DNA from: Pseudonocardiaceae bacterium
GTDB lineage: Bacteria > Actinomycetota > Actinomycetes > Mycobacteriales > Pseudonocardiaceae
Direction: 5' to 3'
DNA: 64,000 bases
Assembly (NCBI GenBank): GCA_036378735.1
Contig: DASUVX010000031.1
Span: forward strand, 9,856 to 73,855
Shown here: positions 28,259 to 40,308 of the stretch, piece by piece
Layout of the letters: each line of letters starts with the position of its first letter
Numbering within the stretch: the first letter of the stretch is position 1
Notes under the pieces: generated by a model
Seen by the model: only the letters and a program-made list of their open reading frames with translations
Told to the model about the DNA's origin: nothing
Database searches by the model: none
Position numbers and translations under genes: made by a program

Positions 28259-29023
28259 TCAGCACTCGGCCACGAACGGACTGGAGGCGATCTCGCTCCC
28301 GTCCGGGAGGGCGCAGATCTCGAAGTCGCTGAACACGCTGGGTGCCGCCTTGTGCAACTGGCGCAGACACTCGACCGCCAGCGCGCGGATCTCCACGTCG
28401 GCATGTTCAGTGGCGCGCATTGCGATGAAATGGCGCCACGCTCGGTAGTTGCCGGTCACCACGATGCGCGTCTCGGTGGCGTTGGGCAGCACCGAACGAG
28501 CCGCCTGGCGAGCCTGCTTACGGCGCAGCGTGGCGCTCGGCTCATTGGCGAAGTGCTTTTCCAACCCGGCGAGCAGCTCGTTGTAAGCCTGCTGGCTGGC
28601 CTGTGCCGCGGCGTGGAAGCGCCGGTGCAGTTCGGGATCGTTGGCGATCACGTCGGGCTCCACCATGGCGGCGGTCCGCTCGGGAACGTAGCGCTGAGAT
28701 AACTGCGAGTAGGAGAAATGCCGGTGCCGGATCAGCTCATGAGTCAGCGACCGCGACACCCCGGTCAGGTAGAAGCTGACCGTGCCGTGCTCGAGCACCG
28801 ACAAATGCCCGATCTCGAGGATATGCCGCAGGTAACCGGCATTGGTAGCGGTCGCCGGGTTCGGCTTGCGCCAGGACTGGTAGCAGGCTCGGCCGGCGAA
28901 CTCGGCGAGCGCTTCGCCACCGTCAGCATCGGTAGACCAGGGAACATCGTCGGGCGGGAAGAACTCGGTCTTGGCCACGAGTTGCACCCGCATCGGCACG
29001 GTGGCCACGCCCGTCTTGCTCAC
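28259..29023 (-). CDS. thyX: FAD-dependent thymidylate synthase ThyX
   Basis: ThyX motif [14 protein letters not shown]. It is closely collinear with mycobacterial ThyX as I recall it ([10 protein letters not shown]...). Start at GTG 29023 or ATG 28993. The remainder of the 812-aa track ORF is antisense to two plus-strand genes. Confidence 0.9.
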   Translation of the reverse strand: MSKTGVATVPMRVQLVAKTEFFPPDDVPWSTDADGGEALAEFAGRACYQSWRKPNPATATNAGYLRHILEIGHLSVLEHGTVSFYLTGVSRSLTHELIRHRHFSYSQLSQRYVPERTAAMVEPDVIANDPELHRRFHAAAQASQQAYNELLAGLEKHFANEPSATLRRKQARQAARSVLPNATETRIVVTGNYRAWRHFIAMRATEHADVEIRALAVECLRQLHKAAPSVFSDFEICALPDGSEIASSPFVAEC

Positions 29024-29188
29024 GCCTGGATTTCCCCTGGTGGTGTCACTGACATCCGTCTCGACTCGATCGGGTCGACTCACGGTGCACCTCTCCTTTC
29101 GATACGGGCCCGGCGTCAAGCGCCAGCAGCCTACTGTGACAGCAAATGACGTCTTGACTGACGTCGTCGATGACGTCATATTGATGCC

Positions 29189-29740
29189 ATGGACCTCACT
29201 CTTTATGTCAACCAGCTGCGGGAAGACCTCACCACTGCGGCTTCCGCGGGTGACGAGCAGACCCGGCACACTGCCGCCATGCTGGGCGTTGCGTTGGCGC
29301 CCGCAGCCCGCCTGGCCATCATGAATGCGTTGTCCGACCTCGCTGCGGAGGTCACCGCAGCACTGGACGACCGCGTGGTGGAGGTACGCCTTGACGGTCG
29401 TGATGTGCGGATCGCGGTGAGCTCGCCATCGGGTATCGACGACCAATCCGCTGAATCGCGGGCTAGCGGATCCGGTGAAGATGGGGCGCCACCGTCCTCC
29501 GAGCCCGGTGCCGGCGCGTTCGGCGACGCCGGGGGCGACATCAGGCGGATGACGCTGAGGCTGATCGACCAGGTCAAGGCCCAGGCTGAGCGGGCTGCCG
29601 CCGAGCAGGGCGTATCCCTCAACGCTTGGGTCTCGCAGGCGGTGTCGAGCGCTCTGCGCGGTGAGCCGTGGAATGACCCGCGGTGGGGTTCGGGAGATCG
29701 CCGCGGCCGTAATCGGGTGCAGGGCTGGGTGCAGGGCTGA
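29189..29740 (+). CDS. Ribbon-helix-helix (HicB-like/Arc-type) domain protein with a helical N-domain and a disordered linker
   Basis: C-terminal [33 protein letters not shown] is an RHH pattern. It is co-oriented with and 40 nt upstream of the DUF4097 gene. Confidence 0.7.
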   Translation: MDLTLYVNQLREDLTTAASAGDEQTRHTAAMLGVALAPAARLAIMNALSDLAAEVTAALDDRVVEVRLDGRDVRIAVSSPSGIDDQSAESRASGSGEDGAPPSSEPGAGAFGDAGGDIRRMTLRLIDQVKAQAERAAAEQGVSLNAWVSQAVSSALRGEPWNDPRWGSGDRRGRNRVQGWVQG

Positions 29741-29780
29741 ACGCCCCGGCAACACGCAACGGTCTCGTTGAGGAGAAATC

Positions 29781-30713
29781 GTGGAACACGACGACACCGA
29801 CGCATCGGTGGTCCGGCAGGAGCGCTTCGAGTGCCCCGGACCAGCCGACATCAGGGTGGAGCTCGATGGTGGGCGACTGGACATCGCTTTGGGCGAAGAC
29901 ACCGAACACAGCAAAGACACTGCTGGCACCGGCCAGGTAACCGTGAGGGTCCGGCCTGACCCGACCAGCCAACCGTCCTGGAATGTGGGGATCACCAGCC
30001 TGTTGAGCTGGCTGGGCGGGCAGACCGGGTCCGCGCCGCTGGGCGAGCTGGCTGCCGAGGCGGTACGCCAGACCGTGATCGACTTCACGGGGCGGCGGCT
30101 CACGGTACGCAGCCCGCGAGAGTTCCCGCTGCGCACGGTGCCATTGATCATCCAGGTCAGCGCACCAGCCGGCTCATCGATTGTCGGCCGGGGCGGCTCG
30201 GCTGACATCGCCGTCACCGGCGTGGCCGCCCAGCTGGACGCCGCCACCGGATCTGGCGAGGTCCGGGCGCAGCAGTGCACCGGCGCGGCTGACGTCCGCA
30301 CCGGCTCGGGCGATGTGCGGCTGGGGACCGTACTGGACCGGCTGCGGGTGCGTACCGGCTCGGGCCTGGTGGACGTGACCAACGTCGAGGGGACCGGTGC
30401 CGGAACTGTACAAACCGGTTCTGGTGACGTCCGGCTTGGTGCGGTCCAACACGACATAAGCGCCCGCACCGGTAGCGGTGACCTCAGCGTCACCGATGCC
30501 TGCGCCGGTGGTCTGGAGCTCACCACTGGTTCGGGGCAGTTGCGGATAGGGATCCACCCGGGTGTACTCGCCGAACTGGATGTCAGCTCCGGCTCCGGGC
30601 AGGCACGTAGCGACCTCCCGGTCAGCGGCCCGCCTGCCGAGGGCAACGTCGCGCTGCGGGTCCGCGCCCGAACCGGATCGGGCGACGCGCTGGTCACCGC
30701 GGCACCATGCTGA
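29781..30713 (+). CDS. DUF4097-type beta-helix repeat protein
   Basis: Eight or more (T)GSG(D/E)V/L repeat turns ([49 protein letters not shown]). Confidence 0.75.
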   Translation: MEHDDTDASVVRQERFECPGPADIRVELDGGRLDIALGEDTEHSKDTAGTGQVTVRVRPDPTSQPSWNVGITSLLSWLGGQTGSAPLGELAAEAVRQTVIDFTGRRLTVRSPREFPLRTVPLIIQVSAPAGSSIVGRGGSADIAVTGVAAQLDAATGSGEVRAQQCTGAADVRTGSGDVRLGTVLDRLRVRTGSGLVDVTNVEGTGAGTVQTGSGDVRLGAVQHDISARTGSGDLSVTDACAGGLELTTGSGQLRIGIHPGVLAELDVSSGSGQARSDLPVSGPPAEGNVALRVRARTGSGDALVTAAPC

Positions 30714-31938
30714 CCGGCCGGGCGCCGGCGTTGCGGCTGATCACCACGCCCAGCGCCGACACCAGATCACCGCGCTCGCCCGGCGCGATCCCGTCGAGCT
30801 CGAGCCACTCGGCCATCTCCCGCAGGGCCTTGGCAAGCTCGGCAACCACTCTCGGCCTACCGGCAATCGCCGGCTCGGCGAAGGCACCCGGTACCCGCAG
30901 CAGGCCGGCGGCCCGATCGGCCTTGAGATCGACCCGCGCAACCAGCTGCCCGTCCAGCAGGAACGGCAATACGTAGTAGCCGTGGCCACGCCGGTGTTGC
31001 GGAACATAGATCTCGATCCGGTAGCGGAAGCCGAACAGCCGCTGGATGCGAGCCCGGTCCCAGATCAACGGGTCGAACGGGCCCACCAGCGCCGCGCCGG
31101 TGATCCGCCGCGGCGTGCGGGCCTCGTGGTGCAGGTAGGCCGGTGCTCGCCAGCCCTCGACGAGCACCGGCTCCAGCACTCCGGCGTCCACCAGTTCCGC
31201 GACCGCCTGCCTGCTGCGCTCTGGTCGAAGCCGGTAGTAGTCACGAAGGTCGGGCTCGGTGGCGACGCCCAGCGCGGCGCCGGCCCGGGCGACCAGCTCG
31301 CGGGCGCCATCGTCGGCGCTGACGCGGCGGCCCAGCACGTCGGCCGGTAATACTCGTTCCGGCAGGTCATATAGCCGCTCGAAGCCGCGTCTGGTGCCGG
31401 TGGTGAGCTCACCGATGCCGAAAAGCCACTCGCAGATCCGTTTCGTGTCGGTGCGGTTCCACCACGATCCCGGCGTTGACCGCGCTACCCCACCGATCTC
31501 GCGCTCCAGGGTGGCAGCCCCCACCGGGCCGTGCTCTTTTACCGTATCCAGCACGGCCGAAACAAGCTCGGGCTCGCGAGCTGCCAGCGCGCCGTACTTT
31601 TGCCACCAGCCAGGCTTCTTGGCCCCCGAACGCAACAGCGGCCAGTCCCGAACTGGGATCAGACTCGCCTCGTGGCCCCAGTACTCCGCCAGCGGGCGGG
31701 GACGGCGTACCGGGTACGCCCACGCGGCGGCGTCGAGCAGCTGCCTCGGGTACGGACCCAGCCGGCTGAATACCGGCAGGTAGTGCGCCCGGACCAGTAC
31801 CGACACCGAATCCAACTGCAGCAGCCGGATTCGATCCAACACCCGCATAAGATGCCGCCGGGTCACCGAGCCGGCCGGCCGCGGCTCGGCGAAGCCCTGT
31901 GCCGCCAGGGCCGTCCGCCGCGCGAGATCTATCCCCAT
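30694..31938 (-). CDS. YcaQ/AlkZ-like winged-helix DNA glycosylase family protein
   Basis: [21 protein letters not shown] ... [24 protein letters not shown] ... [17 protein letters not shown]. The start is set after the palindromic element (ATG 31938, alternative GTG 31947). Confidence 0.78.
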   Translation of the reverse strand: MGIDLARRTALAAQGFAEPRPAGSVTRRHLMRVLDRIRLLQLDSVSVLVRAHYLPVFSRLGPYPRQLLDAAAWAYPVRRPRPLAEYWGHEASLIPVRDWPLLRSGAKKPGWWQKYGALAAREPELVSAVLDTVKEHGPVGAATLEREIGGVARSTPGSWWNRTDTKRICEWLFGIGELTTGTRRGFERLYDLPERVLPADVLGRRVSADDGARELVARAGAALGVATEPDLRDYYRLRPERSRQAVAELVDAGVLEPVLVEGWRAPAYLHHEARTPRRITGAALVGPFDPLIWDRARIQRLFGFRYRIEIYVPQHRRGHGYYVLPFLLDGQLVARVDLKADRAAGLLRVPGAFAEPAIAGRPRVVAELAKALREMAEWLELDGIAPGERGDLVSALGVVISRNAGARPVSMVPR

Positions 31939-31986
31939 CGTCCGCACAGCACCCGATGTTGCCACCCACCCCCGACAGTCTCCCCT

Positions 31987-32054
31987 CCCCCGACATGGAG
32001 ACATATCGGGGTTACGGGCCTTCCCCGGACCCCGATATGTCTCCATGTCGGTGT
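31987..32054. repeat. Palindromic element, copy 2
   Basis: Left arm CCCCCGACATGGAGACATATCGGGGT, spacer tacgggccttccccgg (16 nt), right arm ACCCCGATATGTCTCCATGTCGGTGT. One arm mismatch. Confidence 0.9.
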
Positions 32055-32106
32055 TGCCGGGGGCGTCGACGGGGCCGGTGGGTTCGAGTTGGGGGCGGGG
32101 CATACG

Positions 32107-32673
32107 GTGCATGGCGTGGGCGTGGCTGGTGTGCGCAGTGCGACTGTGCAGGATGCGCCGACGCTGGCGGAGCTGCACCGGGTGACCTGGCGGACTGCCT
32201 ATGCCGAGCTGTTGCCGCCCGGAACGCTCGACGAGCTGGATACACCGCAGCTGCAGCAAGCCTGGTCCGCCACCATCAGGGGCGGCGCTACGGTACTGAT
32301 CGCGACCGAAGGTGCCGATCCGGTCGGGTTCGTCGTGGCCGGGCCAGCACCCGAGGACGAGGTAGCCGCCGCCGATGGCACGATGCCCACCGACGCGGCG
32401 CACACCGTGCTGGTGAGCACCCTGCTGGTCGAACCGAGGTGGGGGCGCCGAGGCCACGGCGGGCGGCTGCTTGCCGCAGTCGCGGGCCTTTTGCGTGATG
32501 CCGGCGCCACCCGTGGCATCGCCTGGGTGCCTGCGGAGGATCCGGCCTCGCTGAGCTTTTACCGGCGCGCCGGCTGGGCGCCGGATGGCACCGTACGCAC
32601 GCTCGACGCCAATGGACGCGCCCTTCGCGAACTACGCCTAACCGGGCCTCTGGACCTGGAACTCACTCAGTGA
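32107..32673 (+). CDS. GNAT-family N-acetyltransferase
   Basis: VRSATVQDAPTLAELHRVTW ... LLVEPRWGRRGHGGRLL ... FYRRAGW. The start is uncertain (GTG 32107, 32116, 32122 or 32131). Confidence 0.7.
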   Translation: MHGVGVAGVRSATVQDAPTLAELHRVTWRTAYAELLPPGTLDELDTPQLQQAWSATIRGGATVLIATEGADPVGFVVAGPAPEDEVAAADGTMPTDAAHTVLVSTLLVEPRWGRRGHGGRLLAAVAGLLRDAGATRGIAWVPAEDPASLSFYRRAGWAPDGTVRTLDANGRALRELRLTGPLDLELTQ

Positions 32674-32687
32674 GCACCTGCGCCGGC

Positions 32688-34791
<2,104 letters not shown>

Positions 34792-34795
<4 letters not shown>

Positions 34796-37098
34796 GTGCC
34801 GGCCGGAACCTCGGTGGGGTCGGTAGCGGGGCTGCCAGCCGAGCTGTCGGCAATATCCTCATCGCGCACTGGAACCAGGCTGATCTTGCCACGGTTGTCG
34901 ATGTCAGCCACCTCGACGCGCAGCTTGTCACCGACCTTGACCACGTCCTCGACCTTGCCGATGCGCTTGCCGTTGCCCAGCTTGGAGATGTGCACCAGTC
35001 CGTCCTTGCCGGGTACCAGCGACACGAAGGCGCCGAAGGCGGCGGTTTTGACGACGGTGCCCAGGAACCGCTCCCCGACCTTGGGTAGCTGCGGGTTGGC
35101 GATGGCGTTGATCCGGTCGATGGCTGCTTCGGCGGACGGGCCGTCGCTGGCGCCGACGTAGATCGTGCCGTCGTCTTCGATGGAGATGTCCGCACCGGTC
35201 TCGTCGGTGATCGAGTTGATCATCTTGCCCTTCGGGCCGATCACCTCGCCGATCTTGTCAACCGGGATCTTGATAGCAGTGACCCGCGGAGCGTACGGGC
35301 TCATCTCATCTGGTCCGTCGATGGCCTGCGCCATCACCCCGAGGATGGTCAGCCGGGCATCACGTGCCTGGGACAGCGCCGCGGCCAGGACGTCGGACGG
35401 AATCCCGGCCAACTTGGTGTCCAGCTGCAATGCGGTGACGAACGCGCTGGTGCCGGCGACTTTGAAGTCCATGTCGCCGAAGGCGTCCTCGGCGCCCAGG
35501 ATGTCGGTGAGCGCGACGAAGCTCTCCTTGCCGTCGACCTCGCCGGACACCAGCCCCATCGCGATACCCGCCACTGGCGCCTTGAGCGGGACCCCGGCGT
35601 TGTACAGCGACATCGTCGACGCACAGACCGAGCCCATCGACGTGGAACCGTTGGAGCCCAACGCCTCGGAGACTTGGCGGATCGCATAGGGGAATTCCTC
35701 CCGGCTGGGCAGCACCGGGACCAGTGCCCGCTCAGCCAGCGCCCCGTGACCGATCTCGCGGCGCTTGGGTGAACCCACCCGGCCGGTCTCGCCGGTGGAG
35801 TACGGCGGGAAGTTGTAGTGGTGCAGGTAACGCTTGGTGGTCTCCGGGGACAGCGAGTCGATGGACTGCTCCATGCGCAGCATGTTCAGCGTGGTGACAC
35901 CGAGAATCTGGGTCTCACCCCGCTCGAACAGTGCCGAGCCGTGCGCCCGGGGAATCAAGTCGACCTCGGCCGATAGCGGCCGGATATCGGTGATCCCGCG
36001 GCCGTCGATGCGTACCTTCTCGCGCAGGATGCGCTGGCGCACCGCTGACTTGGTCACCGCCCGGAACGCGGCGCTGATCTCCTTCTCGCGACCGTCGAAA
36101 CGCTCCGCCAGTTGCTCAAGCGCACTGGCCTTGAGCCCGTCCAGCCGGTTTTCACGGTCCTGCTTGGCGGCCACAGCCAGGACCTTCGCCAGCTCGTCGG
36201 CGACCAGCTCGCCAACCGCGTCGACAACGTCGGGCTGGTAGGCGGGGAAGGTGGGAAAGTCCAGCTCTGCTCCGCCGGCCGTGTCGGCGAGGTCCCGCTG
36301 CGCGTCGCACAGGGCCCGGATGAACGGTTTGGCGGCCTCCAGCCCGGCGGCCACCACCTCCTCCGTGGGGGCTGGGGCGCCACCGGCGATCAATTCGATG
36401 GCGGCTTCGGTGGCTTCGGCCTCGACCATCATGATCGCCACGTCGCTGCTGCCATCGCTGCTGTCCTCGACCAGCCGGCCGGCGACGACCATGTCGAACA
36501 CCGCTCGGCCCAGTTGCTCGTAGGTCGGGAAGGCGATCCACTGGCTGCTACCTTCGTTGCTCACCAGGGCCATCCGGGTGGCGCCGACCGGGCCGTCGAA
36601 CGGCAGGCCGGTCAGCTGGGTGGATGCGGAGGCAGCGTTGATCGCGAGCACGTCGTAGGGGTCAGCCGGGTCGAGGCTGAGCACCGTGACGACGACCTGC
36701 ACCTCATTGCGCAGGCCGTCGACGAAGCAGGGACGCAGCGGGCGGTCGATTAACCGGCAGGTGAGGATCGCGTCCGTGGAGGGGCGGCCTTCGCGGCGAA
36801 AGAACGAGCCGGGAATGCGCCCGGCCGCATACATCCGCTCCTCGACATCGACTGTGAGCGGGAAGAAGTCGAACTGATCCTTGGGCGCTTTGGAGGCCGT
36901 GGTGGCCGACAGCAACATGGTGTCGTCGTCGAGATAGGCGACGACGGCTCCGGCAGCCTGCCGGGCCAGTCGACCGGTCTCGAACCGTACGGTGCGGGTG
37001 CCGAAGACGCCGTTATCGAGTACGGCGGCTGTCTCATGAACAGGATTCGTGGAGGTGCCCGTCCCCGTTGAGGTTTGAGCTGAGGTTGAGTTGGTCAT
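34792..37098 (-). CDS. pnp: Polyribonucleotide nucleotidyltransferase (PNPase/GPSI)
   Basis: Two RNase PH domains followed by KH and S1 domains. ATG 37098 follows GGAGGAG. The upstream 38 codons of the track ORF were dropped. Confidence 0.93.
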
Positions 37099-37165
37099 CG
37101 TTCTCCTCCTCGCGACACGAGCCAGGCGGTGACACCATCGCGTGGGAGTGAGGACGATAGGCCGG

Positions 37166-37208
37166 TCTTCGATCGAAGCTCCCGGAGCACGTCGTGTGCT
37201 CTCGGGAG
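37166..37208 (-). promoter_or_regulatory. pnp leader structures: a 12-nt palindrome plus a 13-bp bulged hairpin
   Basis: CTTCGATCGAAG at 37166-37177. GCTCCCGGAGCAC (37177-37189) pairs with GTGCTC[T]CGGGAGC (37195-37208) around a 5-nt loop, 70-110 nt upstream of the pnp ATG. Confidence 0.5.
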
Positions 37209-37288
37209 CCACTACCGAGGACCGGCGGACGACGATCCCGACGACGGTGACATGGCGGCTCGTGCCGCGACGTGTGGTTGTGTATCAA

Positions 37289-37307
37289 GCTGACCCTTCC
37301 GGTCAGC
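37289..37307 (-). terminator. Hairpin immediately 3' of rpsO (7-bp stem GCTGACC/GGTCAGC, 5-nt loop), with no U-tract
   Basis: Read directly. It begins 11 nt after the rpsO stop. Attenuator or terminator-like. Confidence 0.4.
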
Positions 37308-37317
37308 GGCTGGCGAA

Positions 37318-37587
37318 TCAACGACGCAGGCCGAGGCGCTCGATCAGGGATCGGTAGCGGGCGATGTCGACCTTGGCGAGGTAGTTCAGCAAATTGCGCC
37401 GGCGGCCGACCATCAGCAGCAGCCCGCGCCGGGAGTGATGGTCGTGTTTGTGTTGCTTGAGGTGTTCGGTAAGGTCCATGATCCGCTTGGTCAGCAGGGC
37501 TACCTGCGCCTCAGGGGACCCCGTGTCCGCCTCGCGCAGCCCGTATTCGGCAAGGATCTCACTCTTCTGTGCGGTGGACAGCGCCAC
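37318..37587 (-). CDS. rpsO: 30S ribosomal protein S15
   Basis: [15 protein letters not shown]...[38 protein letters not shown]...YL......[16 protein letters not shown] 37587 follows AGGAGAAG and gives 89 aa. Confidence 0.93.
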   Translation of the reverse strand: MALSTAQKSEILAEYGLREADTGSPEAQVALLTKRIMDLTEHLKQHKHDHHSRRGLLLMVGRRRNLLNYLAKVDIARYRSLIERLGLRR

Positions 37588-37737
37588 GGGTAGATCTTCT
37601 CCTGTCATCGTGTACCGTGCGGCCGCGAATACCGCGGCATCTACTTGATTTTCGGCCGACCGCCACGGACCGCAGCCGGACCCTAGACGAGGCTACCAGC
37701 CGACTCGCCACCGCCTGGCGCCGCCCTCGATCACCAG

Positions 37738-38346
37738 CTACCCGATCGCCCCGTCGAGAGTCGATCCGCCCGCCTCCGTACCCGCCGCATTCCGCAACAC
37801 TCGAGCCAGCTGCGGGCACTGCTCCCGCAGCAGGCCGGCGGCGGCGGCCAGCTCGGCCGGGGCGACCACTGCGCGCAGCGCCTCGACCAGGACGTCGGGG
37901 TTGACGTCGGCGTTGTTGACGTCGGGGTTGTTCCAGTCGCCGCGCTCCTCGACCGGCAGTATTTCCAAACCGCTGGCCGACCGACCACCGGTGGGCCGGC
38001 TGACGGTGGGCCGCGAGTCGCGGACCTCCTCCAGCGCGGCCCGGATCGCCGCTGGATCACCGGAGGCCACCTCGGGGGTGAGCACGCGCCGTTCCAGCAT
38101 CACCATCCGGGCCAGTACCGCGGGATTGCCGATCTTCGCCCGGCGACCGCTCATCAGTTGGCTGAGCATTGGTGCGCTCAGTCCGAGAACCTCGGCCAAC
38201 TGCGCCTGAGAGCAGTCAAAGGCGACCACGAGTCGCCGCACCCGATCGCCGAGCGATTCCCCGTACCACTCCCGCTGCAGGGCGACGTTGCGCGCGACGG
38301 CGAGCTGCTCGTCCACCGGACTCCCCTTCCGTGCCCGTACTGGCAT
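37738..38346 (-). CDS. Helix-turn-helix (XRE-like) DNA-binding protein of unknown role
   Basis: HTH CSQAQLAEVLGLSAPMLSQLMSGRRA. 202 aa. Contains a 15-bp in-frame duplication (NNADV/NPDV). Confidence 0.65.
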   Translation of the reverse strand: MPVRARKGSPVDEQLAVARNVALQREWYGESLGDRVRRLVVAFDCSQAQLAEVLGLSAPMLSQLMSGRRAKIGNPAVLARMVMLERRVLTPEVASGDPAAIRAALEEVRDSRPTVSRPTGGRSASGLEILPVEERGDWNNPDVNNADVNPDVLVEALRAVVAPAELAAAAGLLREQCPQLARVLRNAAGTEAGGSTLDGAIG

Positions 38347-38383
38347 CCTGCCAGCTCCGAGCAGCCCCAGGGGCGGCGATCGG

Positions 38384-39316
38384 TTACGTGGCCCGCTCGA
38401 ACACCGCGCGGGTTCGCGCCACGTCGTCGTCGATCTGGGCCACTAGCTGGTCGGGGGTGTCGAAGCGACACATGCCACGCAGCCGCTCGACGAAGTCCAG
38501 TGCCACCCGTTCGCCGTAGAAGTCCTCGTCGAGATCGAGGACGTAAGCCTCCACTCGACGTTCCCGACCGGAGAATGTCGGGTTGGTGCCGATCGAGACT
38601 GCCGCCGCCAGGTCCCGGCCCCGGTGTACGAAGCGGCAGGCGTACACCCCGTCGGCGGGAATCGCGGCGTGCCGGGGAGTCGACAGGTTCGCCGTCGGGT
38701 AGCCCAGACTGCGGCCGCGCTGGTCCCCGCGGATCACGATGCCCTCCAGCCGGTGCGGTCGGCCCAACGCGGTGGCCGCGGCCACCACGTCTCCGGCGTC
38801 GATGCAGGAGCGGATATAGGTGGAGGAGAACGTCAGCTCACCCTGGGACAGCAGCCCCACGCCTTCGGCGGTGAAGCCGAACCGCCGCCCCAACGTACGC
38901 AGCAACTCGATGTTCCCGGCCGCCTTGTGCCCGAAGGTGAAATTCTCGCCCACCACGACATCCGCCACGTGCAGGCGCTCGACGAGCACCGTGTGCACGA
39001 ACTCGTCGGCCGGCACCCGGGATAGTTCGACGGTGAACGGCAGTACGAAGAACACCTCGACGCCGAATTGCTCGACCAGGTCCGCCCGCCGGCGCAGGCT
39101 GGTGAGCTGGGCCGGATGGCTGCCGGGGCGGACCACCTCGGAAGGATGCGGGTCGAAGGTCATCAGCACGCCGGGAACGCCCAATTCCCCGGCGCGCCGC
39201 ACGGCGTGATTGATCAGCCGGGCATGACCGCGATGCACACCGTCGAAAACGCCGATGGTGACGACACTGCGACCCCAACCGTTCGGGATCGCCTCAAGTC
39301 CACGCCAGCGCTGCAC
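38384..39316 (-). CDS. ribF: Bifunctional riboflavin kinase / FAD synthetase
   Basis: VVTIGVFDGVHRGH N-terminal adenylyltransferase domain and a C-terminal kinase domain (GYPTANL ... PTF). Adjacent to truB. Confidence 0.9.
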   Translation of the reverse strand: MQRWRGLEAIPNGWGRSVVTIGVFDGVHRGHARLINHAVRRAGELGVPGVLMTFDPHPSEVVRPGSHPAQLTSLRRRADLVEQFGVEVFFVLPFTVELSRVPADEFVHTVLVERLHVADVVVGENFTFGHKAAGNIELLRTLGRRFGFTAEGVGLLSQGELTFSSTYIRSCIDAGDVVAAATALGRPHRLEGIVIRGDQRGRSLGYPTANLSTPRHAAIPADGVYACRFVHRGRDLAAAVSIGTNPTFSGRERRVEAYVLDLDEDFYGERVALDFVERLRGMCRFDTPDQLVAQIDDDVARTRAVFERAT

Positions 39317-39352
39317 AGACGAGGAGGCTAACCGGTCACCCGCCGGCGCTCA

Positions 39353-40231
39353 TCACTCACCGGCAGGGCGCAGCACCAGGATCGGACGGGCCTGGTCGTC
39401 GCGCTCGGCGAGCAGCGCGACGGCGCCGCCATCGGAGTCGATCGCGGCGTACGTCCCGGTCAACCCGCAGGCCGGCAACGACCCACCATGAGCCAGTACC
39501 CGGGCCTGCCGGCCGTCGACGGCGCGGTGCGGAAACAGGGCAGTCACCACCTCGTCCAGCCCTGCTGACAATCCAGGCGCGCTGGCCAGTTCGTCGAGGG
39601 TACGGGCAACATCCAGGCCGTACGGGCCGACCCGGGTACGGCGCAGGGCGGTCAGGTGCCCCCCGACGCCCAATGTGGCGCCCAGGTCCCTGGCCAGCGC
39701 GCGGACGTAGGTGCCGCCGCTGCACTCCACCAGCACGTCGAGGTCGGTCACGGTCTGGCCGCGGCGCAGCGCGAGAAGCTCCAACCGGGACACGGTCACC
39801 GGACGGGCGGTCAGCAGCACCTGCGCACCCGCGCGAGCCAGCGCGTAGGCGCGCTTGCCGCCGATTTTGATGGCGCTGACCCTGCTGGGCACCTGCTCGA
39901 TGGTTCCGCGCAGACCCGCGAGCGCCGCGCGGATCTGCGGCTCGCTCACCGCGGACGCGTCGGCGCCGCCGGTGCGCTCTCCCTCGGCATCGTCGGTGGT
40001 GGTGGACATGCCCAGCCGCACCGTGCCGCGGTAAACCTTGGGTTCCAGCGGGAGATGTCCGAGCAGCTTGGTGGCGCGCTGCACCCCGCAGACAAGCACG
40101 CCGGTGGCCATCGGGTCCAGGGTGCCGGCGTGTCCGATCCGGCGGATGCGCAGCAGCCGGCGCAGCCGGGAGACCACATCATGTGACGTCATCCCAGCCG
40201 GCTTATCCACCACAACCAGCCCACCCCCCAC
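39353..40231 (-). CDS. truB: tRNA pseudouridine(55) synthase
   Basis: GLVVVDKPAGMTSHDVV and the catalytic GHAGTLDP. GTG 40231 follows a GAGG SD. The upstream 138 codons of the track ORF read through palindrome copy 3 and into nrnA. Confidence 0.88.
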   Translation of the reverse strand: MGGGLVVVDKPAGMTSHDVVSRLRRLLRIRRIGHAGTLDPMATGVLVCGVQRATKLLGHLPLEPKVYRGTVRLGMSTTTDDAEGERTGGADASAVSEPQIRAALAGLRGTIEQVPSRVSAIKIGGKRAYALARAGAQVLLTARPVTVSRLELLALRRGQTVTDLDVLVECSGGTYVRALARDLGATLGVGGHLTALRRTRVGPYGLDVARTLDELASAPGLSAGLDEVVTALFPHRAVDGRQARVLAHGGSLPACGLTGTYAAIDSDGGAVALLAERDDQARPILVLRPAGE

Positions 40232-40240
40232 GCCAACCTC

Positions 40241-40308
40241 ACCCCGACATGGAGACATATCGGCGTTATCTGACCCCTCTGGACCCCGATATGTCTCCAT
40301 GTCGGGGT
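40241..40308. repeat. Palindromic element, copy 3
   Basis: Left arm ACCCCGACATGGAGACATATCGGCGT, spacer tatctgacccctctgg (16 nt), right arm ACCCCGATATGTCTCCATGTCGGGGT. It fills the nrnA-truB spacer. Confidence 0.9.

Noticed and set aside
28259-30697. An 812-aa minus-strand ORF that appears to be one giant gene.
   Set aside because: Only its C-terminal ~250 residues (ThyX) look like a real protein. The rest is Pro/Ser/Arg-rich antisense read-through of the plus-strand RHH and DUF4097 genes, which have recognisable domains. This is a typical stop-codon-poor high-GC artefact.
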